Positions 20,012 through 27,526 of a stretch of 64,000 nt of DNA are shown here, one piece after another. The first letter of the stretch is position 1, and each line of letters starts with the position of its first letter. Under the pieces are notes generated by a model. It was not told where the DNA came from, did not search any database, and saw only the letters and a program-made list of their open reading frames with translations. Source of the DNA: Gammaproteobacteria bacterium. Lineage in GTDB: Bacteria > Pseudomonadota > Gammaproteobacteria > Arenicellales > UBA868. The translations under genes and the position numbers were made by a program. The stretch lies in assembly GCA_014239575.1 (NCBI GenBank), contig JAAZYQ010000001.1, forward strand, positions 7,322-71,321, written 5' to 3'.

Positions 20012-20149
20012 AACCAGTACTCCATTGCGTTTGTGGCACCATACGGTGATAAGCGCCGTCTCGATGGTCGATTCAGTCGCTTGGGCTGTCCGCGTCTAGA
20101 ACGTGTTACGACACGAAGGCCCGTACCATGAGGGTGCTGATGTGGCTCC

Positions 20150-20231
20150 ATTGTATGCACTGCCCGAGGTCGCACCATTCCCCGGGAGGGTATGCCTCAC
20201 AAAAAACCGTCTTATCCCCATGGGGATAGGA
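20150..20231 (-). promoter_or_regulatory. Putative activator-dependent dsrA promoter: -10 TACAAT plus two inverted-repeat sites
   Basis: TACAAT at 20155-20150 (minus); ATACCCT-CCC-GGGGAAT at 20193-20177 (about -42); perfect palindrome TATCCCCATGGGGATA at 20213-20228 (about -77.5). Confidence 0.5.
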
Positions 20232-20392
20232 TTTATCTTGCAGTGCACAAAATTTCGTTTGCACCATAGGTGCGGCTTCTCCCGAAAACACCATGTATTC
20301 AGATGTTTAGTTGGCCAAGGCCGGCCACACCAAGTCAGCAAATGGGTTTACCGACGCCAAGCCATCGATCTGGGCTTAGCTAAATCAACCTT

Positions 20393-21400
20393 TTGGGAGA
20401 GTTTGTGTTATCGCGTCAAAGGCTAGAATTTGGCTCCGTTTCTGCTACCCCGACTAGATACCCAGCACCTGTGCCTCTTTTCGAATCCCAAACCACTCGA
20501 GCTGCCAGAACCCAATCTGGGATACCAGCACACCTCAGGGAAGACAATTTCTCACGCGGGTGGGATGATCGTCTGGCACGATACCGACGAGGGATTGAAG
20601 ACCTTAGCGTCGAGATCGCTGATCCTTTGAAACTCAGCGCTAACGAACGTCACGCCCTGGCCGTGCGGGTGCGTGATACCAACATGGCCGTCTATCGATG
20701 TCGCCAACCAGAGAATGTTGACCGTGCGGCCATACAGGCATTGACATCGCAACTGGGCCTGGGAAAACCAGACAGCAACCTGTGCTCCGCCAATGACGGC
20801 CTGAGCGAACTCGAAGTCAACCATAGCGCCACGCATCAGCGCTATATTCCCTACAGCAATCGTCCGATGGGCTGGCATACCGATGGCTATTACCATACGC
20901 CGGAACGCGCCATCCGAGCCATGGCACTGCATTGTGTTCGCCCGGCCATGAGCGACGGCACACTTCAGCTCATGGATCACGAAATCGTATTTGGTCTGCT
21001 ACACCGTTGTGATTCTCGATACACCGCGGCACTCAGCCAATCAGACGCAATGACCATACCTGCAAATGAAGCCGCCGGGCCTGGCGTGCGTGGCAGCGTG
21101 AGTGGGCCGGTTTTTTCTTATAACGGTGATGCACTGCAAATGCGCTACAGCGCACGCAAGCGCAACATTATCTGGAAAAGTGATCCCGTGGTTGGTGAAG
21201 CCATCGCGGCACTGGCGGAAATTCTGGATTCATGTGCTGAGTTGGTTGTAACCCACCGACTGTTGCCGGGCGAAGGTCTGGTATGTAACAACGTGCCACA
21301 TCGACGTGATGGATTTACCGACTCGTCACAGCCCGGGTGTGCCCGCCTGATCTACCGCGGGCGCTACACCCAGGCACTAACTACAATGGTTCTAAGGTAG
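20393..21400 (+). CDS. TauD/TfdA-like Fe(II)/2-oxoglutarate oxygenase
   Basis: WHTDGYY (HxD), NNVPHRRDGF distal His, RLIYRGR; true start may be GTG 20471. Confidence 0.8.
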   Translation: MGEFVLSRQRLEFGSVSATPTRYPAPVPLFESQTTRAARTQSGIPAHLREDNFSRGWDDRLARYRRGIEDLSVEIADPLKLSANERHALAVRVRDTNMAVYRCRQPENVDRAAIQALTSQLGLGKPDSNLCSANDGLSELEVNHSATHQRYIPYSNRPMGWHTDGYYHTPERAIRAMALHCVRPAMSDGTLQLMDHEIVFGLLHRCDSRYTAALSQSDAMTIPANEAAGPGVRGSVSGPVFSYNGDALQMRYSARKRNIIWKSDPVVGEAIAALAEILDSCAELVVTHRLLPGEGLVCNNVPHRRDGFTDSSQPGCARLIYRGRYTQALTTMVLR

Positions 21401-21407
21401 GTACCCC

Positions 21408-21620
21408 ATGCTCTGGATCAGTGAACTCATGCTGCAGAACCAGCCTACCTCTTTCGAGCACCTGATTGCACTGGTACGTGAAAAAGCGCGTACTGGCGAG
21501 CGCTTCCTGCGTATGGATGTCAAACCGCCCTATCCCGACACACCGGCTAACTGGGAAGACCAGATCGAGAGCGCATTCACTGGCGCGCTTGATGCCGGCA
21601 CGGTTAAGGCACGGCCATGA
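21408..21620 (+). CDS. Small hypothetical protein (70 aa)
   Basis: ATG 7 nt after upstream stop; stop overlaps next start (ATGA); MDVKPPYPDTPANWED motif. Confidence 0.75.
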   Translation: MLWISELMLQNQPTSFEHLIALVREKARTGERFLRMDVKPPYPDTPANWEDQIESAFTGALDAGTVKARP

Positions 21621-22321
21621 AACACTTAGGGACGGATTTTGACCTCGGCGCGGAGTCGGGTGAAGACACTGGTACATCCGCTGATGCATTACAGGCGCAA
21701 CTTAGCGCTGTGCGCGACCGCCTGAAAGAAAGCGAGGTTGCAATCGACTCGTCACAATGGTGCGAACTGGCACTGCAGGAGGGCCGACTGCTGGTAAACC
21801 TGGATGAAGGTGCACAAGCCTGGCACAGCGCTCAACGGTGTTTCGAACAGTTTTGCGCTGGGGAGGTCTGGGCACAAGCCGCTGAAGCCGCCCGACTGAT
21901 GTTCCAGTCCGGCGAGCCCGACGCGCTGGTCGCGCTAGGACACGCTGTCTGGCTCGCCGTCACCTTTCCGGTCGACCCGGAGTTATCGGTTGCCCTGCTT
22001 CAGGATATCGTCGAAGAGACACCCGATGATTCAGACGGCGCGGCCGTGGCGGCCGCCACCGCCGCCTACCTCGTGGATCTTCGGACGCAGGGTAGTCAGC
22101 GCGAATCCCTGTCCTTTTTTGCCAACCAACTGCTGGGGGCCGTCGCACGTCGACACAGTGGCATAGAAAAACAGGAAGATTTCGAACAATGGATTCAGCG
22201 TCTGGAACTTGATGATCCGGCACAGTTCCTGCCGCGCCTACGCAATGTGGTGGACGTGCTGGTTCAGGATGACTGGTGGATAGATCGCGATCTCATCCAA
22301 GCCTCGCTGCCCATACAATGA
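21617..22321 (+). CDS. Hypothetical acidic, helix-rich protein (234 aa, possibly TPR-like N-half)
   Basis: Translationally coupled at both ends (ATGA overlaps); WLAVTFPVDPEL and VQDDWWIDRD motifs. Confidence 0.75.
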   Translation: MKHLGTDFDLGAESGEDTGTSADALQAQLSAVRDRLKESEVAIDSSQWCELALQEGRLLVNLDEGAQAWHSAQRCFEQFCAGEVWAQAAEAARLMFQSGEPDALVALGHAVWLAVTFPVDPELSVALLQDIVEETPDDSDGAAVAAATAAYLVDLRTQGSQRESLSFFANQLLGAVARRHSGIEKQEDFEQWIQRLELDDPAQFLPRLRNVVDVLVQDDWWIDRDLIQASLPIQ

Positions 22322-23037
22322 CAACCATCATGCCGAGCTCCAACTATTGGTACGAGACCCCGCCCCAAGTCACCGAGCCCGATATCGATCCTGTTGTCGA
22401 CCTGGTGTTTGGCATCCGGGGTCGACAGATTCCAGCCGATCACGCCTGGCCCCTGTCTGAGGCCATCACCCAGGTTCTACCCTGGCTGGAACAGCAAGAA
22501 CGGACCGGCATTCACTTGATTCACGGGGCCCAGTCGAGCAATGGCTGGCAACAGCCTGCAGACGACGGCACTATTGAACTATCTGCCAGAACACGCTTCG
22601 TGCTGCGCATTCCCGCTGCAAGCGTGGATGCCGCCAGAGTGCTGACCGGGCAAACCCTGGATATCTCGGGCTATTCCATCAACCTGTTGCAGGCTCGTGT
22701 ACGAGCGCTACTGCCGCTCACAACGATTCTGGCCCGCCATGTCCGTGCGGGCGATTCCGCCGACACAGAAAGTGCCTTCCTCGCAGACGCCGTAAACTGG
22801 CTCTCCGATCTATCCATTACCCCACGCAAAATGCTGTGCGGTCGCGCCCATCGCCTGAACACTCCTCAAGGCGCCATCCTGACCCGAAGTTTGCTGTTGG
22901 CCGAGTTGACGCCTGGGGAATCGGAGACTTTGCAACAACAAGGCCTGGGTCAGGGGCGCCTGATGGGTTTCGGTCTATTCATGCCATACAAGAGTATTGA
23001 TCCGGTATACGAGCCACGACAAAGCATTGACGACTAG
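22318..23037 (+). CDS. cas6: Orphan Cas6 (Cas6/Cmx6, I-MYXAN-like RAMP)
   Basis: N-terminal VDLVFGIRGRQIPADHAWPLSEAI, GIHLIHG, RTRFVLRIP and C-terminal G-loop LQQQGLGQGRLMGFGLFMP; start overlaps upstream stop. Confidence 0.85.
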   Translation: MTTIMPSSNYWYETPPQVTEPDIDPVVDLVFGIRGRQIPADHAWPLSEAITQVLPWLEQQERTGIHLIHGAQSSNGWQQPADDGTIELSARTRFVLRIPAASVDAARVLTGQTLDISGYSINLLQARVRALLPLTTILARHVRAGDSADTESAFLADAVNWLSDLSITPRKMLCGRAHRLNTPQGAILTRSLLLAELTPGESETLQQQGLGQGRLMGFGLFMPYKSIDPVYEPRQSIDD

Positions 23038-23077
23038 ACAAAAACTGAGTTCAACAAAAACCGAAACGGAGTACGAC

Positions 23078-23416
23078 ATGCCAATTGAAGTCGATGGAAA
23101 AATCATTGCCACAACCGCGAGCGCCTTTCTCGAAGACCCTGATGAGTGGAGTAAAACGGTCGCCGAGGCTATGGCAGCAGCGGAGGGGCTGGAGTTGACT
23201 GCGCAGCACTGGGATGTCATCGACTATCTGCGTAAGGAATATTTCGAGAATAATGGCCATCAGCCAAATAACCGCGCCCTGCTTAAAGAGATGGGTGGAC
23301 TGTGGGGACACAAAGTGAATAACAAGGAACTGTTTGACCTCTTCCCCGGTAATCCAAGCAAGCAGGCTGGCCGCTTGTCAGGACTCCCGGAAAGCATGCG
23401 CAAAGGTGGCTACTGA
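23078..23416 (+). CDS. Cysteine-less DsrC/TusE-family paralog (RspA-type)
   Basis: DsrC fold (FLEDPDEWS, LTAQHWDVIDYLR, LFPGNPSKQAGRLSGLP) but no Cys; ends SMRKGGY. Confidence 0.85.
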   Translation: MPIEVDGKIIATTASAFLEDPDEWSKTVAEAMAAAEGLELTAQHWDVIDYLRKEYFENNGHQPNNRALLKEMGGLWGHKVNNKELFDLFPGNPSKQAGRLSGLPESMRKGGY

Positions 23417-23485
23417 CCGGCTCTGAACTTATTGAATGACCCAGACCCCAAAGAATTCATTACCGACATATCGAGGATACAACCG

Positions 23486-23689
23486 ATGAGCGAAAAACAA
23501 GAACTGATCCGTAAAATGATACAAATGCAGCGTGAGTTCATAGCCCAGGAACAACAGGGCGGAATCGACCAAAAGGATTATTTTCTCCCAGACGATAATC
23601 AAAAACTCTCAGGCTACCGTGAGTCTTATGCAGAGGTAGCCACACGCGTCATCGATCTGGCACATGAGGAAAAAGGCTCTCGCCCCTGA
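23486..23689 (+). CDS. Small hypothetical protein (67 aa)
   Basis: GAGGA RBS then ATG 23486; helical, ends DLAHEEKGSRP. Confidence 0.7.
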   Translation: MSEKQELIRKMIQMQREFIAQEQQGGIDQKDYFLPDDNQKLSGYRESYAEVATRVIDLAHEEKGSRP

Positions 23690-23725
23690 CAACAACCCGG
23701 GCCATTAGCGAAGGGTTCGAAAATC

Positions 23726-24778
23726 CTAAAGCGCGAGGCTCTCAACCAAGTTGACGATAGGCTCGCCCGCATCTTTGCCCTGGCGACGATAGGCGCTGAG
23801 GATCGCGTTGGCGCCGGCACGCCAGTGGCCCTGGCCCTGGCGAACCGCCTGCTTAAGTAACGCACGATCATCATCGCCCAGCCAACCCTGATAGGCATTG
23901 TACAAAGCCGGAAATAACTGCTTGCGCGCAGGCGTCATACTGGCAAAGTAAAAATGCAGCGGGGCCTGTTCCTCCTGGGCTAACAAGGCTGGCAATACCG
24001 TAACGCAATCAGCCAGGTGATCGCGCACAGCGCGTGCCAATACCTCTGCAACACTTGGGCCCAGCGCCTGCAGCATGCGCTCCCAGTCATCGCCAAGCCA
24101 CCTTCCACACACCAGTTCGCCCAGTTCGTGCAGGATAACTGTTTCAGTGAACTCATCGGTCATGCGTTCTAACGCGTTTTCAGCATCACCGGCGAAGCCA
24201 TAGCAGTCCAATACTCGTGACATGGCATTGCGCGGTTTTTTCCAGCGCCATTCATCAATCATTTCCCACAACACCCGACGCAAAGATTCCCGACGTATCC
24301 AGATCACATCGCCACGAGTCATCGCCGGAGGCGCCATCAACTCGCGCACCAGTTCAGCCCCGGTTTGAAACAAGCGATAGCCTTCTCCATTTTCCACGCG
24401 GGTTAGTTCAGCGATAAAGAACACGGGTTTGCCAAAGCGGCCAACCCCAGCGCTGTAACAATAGCCAAGCGGAACCAACCAATCATTGACGGTGTCTACA
24501 TCAAAAGGATCAACTTGACGTCCGGATATGGGCAGCTTTTGATAATCTGCCTCTTGCAGGTCCGCCCACTGCTGTTCTCGTGCGTCGACCCATTCGCCCA
24601 CCTCGGCCGCACCCAGCACGGCCTCTAACCCAAGTTGCTCGTGCCAGCGGAAATACTCGCGCATATGCATGAGATATATGCAAAGCGTATAACTGCCCGC
24701 ATGCTGGGCATCAGAAACATCGCAGTTATGTTGTACAGTGCGTAATAATGATTGTGGTAGGGCCGGCATAAACCACAC
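23726..24778 (-). CDS. Sfum_1244-like protein with HExxE motif
   Basis: VQHNCDVSDA...YTLCIYLMHMREYFRWH N-terminus, ILHELGE, RAVRDHLADC. Confidence 0.7.
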   Translation of the reverse strand: MWFMPALPQSLLRTVQHNCDVSDAQHAGSYTLCIYLMHMREYFRWHEQLGLEAVLGAAEVGEWVDAREQQWADLQEADYQKLPISGRQVDPFDVDTVNDWLVPLGYCYSAGVGRFGKPVFFIAELTRVENGEGYRLFQTGAELVRELMAPPAMTRGDVIWIRRESLRRVLWEMIDEWRWKKPRNAMSRVLDCYGFAGDAENALERMTDEFTETVILHELGELVCGRWLGDDWERMLQALGPSVAEVLARAVRDHLADCVTVLPALLAQEEQAPLHFYFASMTPARKQLFPALYNAYQGWLGDDDRALLKQAVRQGQGHWRAGANAILSAYRRQGKDAGEPIVNLVESLAL

Positions 24779-24805
24779 CTTAAGATAGAATCCCTATCCA
24801 GTGCA

Positions 24806-25399
24806 ATGACTATGAAAACCCGGATTCGTGACCAATGGCAAGATCCCACACGCCAGGCTTCTACTGAGGACAATGCCCTGGCGCTGGCCTATGTCTGTTG
24901 GCAATTAGCACTCACATCGGCACGCAATCTGCATGCTGAAGATTTTGTATACCAGGACGATACCCAACGCGTCGCCGTCATTCGTGAGTATCTGGTGTTC
25001 TTGGTACACACCGCTGATCGGCTGGCCTTCGAGTTACTCGACCAAGCACAACGCGCACTGTTTATGTCCTCGTTGGCAGCCGGCTGTGCCAGGCATCTTC
25101 AGCGCAATACCGAGGAGATTCTGGGGATCAAAGATTACGTGGAGCCGTTTATCGACACCCTGAATCAACGCAATAGCGAATATGGTCAGTGTGTCTTTGC
25201 CAACGGCGCCCCGGGTTACAGTCTCCTGAGAGCATTTGGCGAGCGCATCCAGATTGTGATGGGGCGCGATCAGACCAATCGCTGGGTGATTGATCAGGTG
25301 ATGGAGATCGACGGGCCCGAAGCCGTAGCGCAACTCGCACGATCACTACAAAAACTCTGCGCTACCGAAAAGCCTAGCCCCAAAGGAGGCCAGCGCTAA
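24806..25399 (+). CDS. Hypothetical protein (197 aa)
   Basis: Clean ORF divergent from the Sfum_1244-like gene; WVIDQVMEIDGPEA motif. Confidence 0.7.
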   Translation: MTMKTRIRDQWQDPTRQASTEDNALALAYVCWQLALTSARNLHAEDFVYQDDTQRVAVIREYLVFLVHTADRLAFELLDQAQRALFMSSLAAGCARHLQRNTEEILGIKDYVEPFIDTLNQRNSEYGQCVFANGAPGYSLLRAFGERIQIVMGRDQTNRWVIDQVMEIDGPEAVAQLARSLQKLCATEKPSPKGGQR

Positions 25400-25413
25400 G
25401 TTGCGGGAATCCT

Positions 25414-25611
25414 TCAGTCTTTTGTCCAATCCGCAGCGTGATCAGTGACCTGATTCTGACCATCTTCAAACCCGGCTGAGTAGGCCGGGGTCACGCGCTG
25501 CTCCTCACGCTGGGGGTTGCCCAGGTATCCCCCAACCCAGCCCTGTAGATAATCCGGGTCTACGCCCATGTTCTCAAGTTGATTAACGGTCTCGTAGTAT
25601 GTGCTGTTCAT
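25414..25611 (-). CDS. Alvin_2107-like sulfur-globule oxidation protein
   Basis: YLQGWVGGYLGNPQREEQRVTPAYSAGFEDG signature. Confidence 0.75.
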   Translation of the reverse strand: MNSTYYETVNQLENMGVDPDYLQGWVGGYLGNPQREEQRVTPAYSAGFEDGQNQVTDHAADWTKD

Positions 25612-25773
25612 ATGGCGGGCCTTAAAAATAACTGGAAACCAAAATCGGATTATTACATCCTCGAGCGCTCAACCGGCATAGCACTGCCCGTGGGGTTTTC
25701 TATACAGGCATCAGGCTTCCCTATCTGAACCACACCCGCGCTCAACCTGGAATCTGACCATGGGGGTTCTGCC

Positions 25774-25894
25774 ATGAGTCTAACCCGCGAAGACAGCCTT
25801 CGACTGAATGTCCTGATGAGTACCGCCCTCGCCGTACCTCGATAAGGCGACGATGTGTCTGCAAGGTCTGAGCGGCACGACTGAGCACCGGTAA
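25774..25894 (+). pseudogene. dsrS: dsrS relic (N-terminal ~40 codons, frameshifted and truncated)
   Basis: MSLTREDSLRLNVLMSTALAV, frameshift near 25837, then LDKATMCLQGLSGTTEHR*; resembles the DsrS N-terminus (EDxLRLNVL...RxD...M...GLS). Confidence 0.65.
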
Positions 25895-25982
25895 TGGATG
25901 CACTGGCGACCCGGCTCTATCCGAGCTTACTCCGTGGCGGGATGTGGCCGCTTAGTATGGCCGGGCACACCCCGGCGGCAGG

Positions 25983-26702
25983 CTACCACTCGGCGGTTGC
26001 GCCAGCCTCCATGATCTCGGTCATCGCATCCCGAACACGGATGGCATCCTGCTTCAGATCTTCAGGCAAACTGGAGCCTTGCTGCCAAGCCAGTGCCAGC
26101 CAGCTGACATCCCAATCCAGGGTCATCAACCAGATACTGCCGTCAGGCTGCTCGACAACGGAGATACGGCAAGGAATAAAAATGGCAAACTCTGGGCTGA
26201 AGTCCAGCATCCGCCGCCCTACCGTTGCATCGCAGAACTGCAGTATTTCGACCCGCAACGCCGGCTCACCCGTGATCGCGCCGACATCCTTCCAGAACTG
26301 ATTGTGTCCTACTTTCTTAAAGTTAACTTCATTGGCCTTGATTTCCATGGCCTCAACCACATCGTCAAACTCAACGCCCTCAGCCACTTTTTTCTTAGCG
26401 GTCATGAAATTGAACAACTGACGCATTGACATGCCACTGATGGCTGACAATTGGTCATACAACTGTTTTTTCAGTTTGCGCGGAACCGGGTCCATTACCG
26501 GGTTAACCGTTTTGGCCAACTCTTTGCGTCGGTAGGCCTGCGCCTCTTCGGACATGTCGCTCAACAGTCGGGCACCGGCCTCGACCTGTGGCCTAAGTTC
26601 CTCGGCAGCCTCAGCTGACAACTCCTGGGCAGCGGCAAAGCGGGCTCCCAGTAGCAGCATGGCCGCACTGGCAACGACGACAGCAAATCGTGTGTTTCTC
26701 AT
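25983..26702 (-). CDS. Secreted DUF302-domain protein with N-terminal extension
   Basis: Signal peptide (...ARFAAA-QE); ILQFCDA and IFIPCRISV DUF302 motifs. Confidence 0.8.
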   Translation of the reverse strand: MRNTRFAVVVASAAMLLLGARFAAAQELSAEAAEELRPQVEAGARLLSDMSEEAQAYRRKELAKTVNPVMDPVPRKLKKQLYDQLSAISGMSMRQLFNFMTAKKKVAEGVEFDDVVEAMEIKANEVNFKKVGHNQFWKDVGAITGEPALRVEILQFCDATVGRRMLDFSPEFAIFIPCRISVVEQPDGSIWLMTLDWDVSWLALAWQQGSSLPEDLKQDAIRVRDAMTEIMEAGATAEW

Positions 26703-26813
26703 GTTAAACATCCTCATTAGTGAAATTCAGTTACCCGCGCCGATTGCTGCGATCAAAGTGAGCTGCGTCAAGACTCAGATATTGCCTGTAGTTCTGATCC
26801 GATGCCAGGGTCG

Positions 26814-26848
26814 AAAAACGGGCAGGCTGTTACCAGCGCTGCCCGTTT
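26814..26848 (-). terminator. Rho-independent terminator after the repeat-protein gene
   Basis: AAACGGGCAG...CTGCCCGTTT stem with T-run on minus strand. Confidence 0.6.
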
Positions 26849-26893
26849 GAATTTTCTCGCGAACCGGATAACCGGCAGTCGCTCAACCTTGAC

Positions 26894-27403
26894 TCAACCT
26901 CTGATGAGGTCGGCCCAGCCCTGGTAGGTCTTAGCCTGGATAAAACCGGCGTAGGCCAAGGGGTTGACACTCTGCAGGTAAACGGCAGGGTTCAAGTACT
27001 GTCCATAGGCCATGGGGTTAACCAGGTCCAGGTACGACATGGGGTTAACAAACTCGACATAAGTCACCGGGTTGAGCCACTGCGATAGATTCTCGGCCTT
27101 CAGAAATGGCGCGTAAAATTCTGTGCTCATGAACTGAGCGTAAAAAGCCGGGTTCATGAACTGCACATAGGTCTCGGGGTCAAGGAATACCTTATAACCT
27201 TCGGGTGATGCCAGGTTCAGCTGCATCGGAGCTGGCATGGTCGAGCCTTTAAACCAGTTAACCGGATTGGCATAGCGTGCCGTTGTTTCCACGACCTGAT
27301 TCGTCATTGAAGGTGTTGAAGGTGTTGCAACTGATTCGTTGGCCACGGCCGGCATGGCGCTTAATCCAGCAACAACAGCGAGAAGGGTAATTGCCTTTTT
27401 CAT
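26894..27403 (-). CDS. Secreted protein with ~11 tandem 9-aa xNPxxYxxx repeats (paralog 1)
   Basis: MKKAITLLAVVAGLSAMPAVA signal; LDPETYVQF MNPAFYAQF...VNPMSYLDL VNPMAYGQY LNPAVYLQS; GAGGA RBS. Confidence 0.8.
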   Translation of the reverse strand: MKKAITLLAVVAGLSAMPAVANESVATPSTPSMTNQVVETTARYANPVNWFKGSTMPAPMQLNLASPEGYKVFLDPETYVQFMNPAFYAQFMSTEFYAPFLKAENLSQWLNPVTYVEFVNPMSYLDLVNPMAYGQYLNPAVYLQSVNPLAYAGFIQAKTYQGWADLIRG

Positions 27404-27481
27404 GATGTTTTCCTCAGTAGTCATAATGGTAAGAAACTGTTTAGCCAGAATTACGGCATAGCCCGGCTAATCAATGACAGC

Positions 27482-27526
27482 ATCATACTAGTATTTAATT
27501 TTTTGTCAATATTCTTATATTCTTAT
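27482..27526 (-). promoter_or_regulatory. Near-consensus sigma-70 promoter with overlapping ATATTCTTAT repeats
   Basis: TTGACA (27509-27504), 16-nt spacer, TATGAT (27487-27482); ATATTCTTAT at 27509-27518 and 27517-27526. Confidence 0.55.

Noticed and set aside
20238-20250. TTGCAGTGCACAA, resembling PhaR-type TGC-N3-GCA boxes
   Set aside because: Single short occurrence with no supporting pha genes in the window
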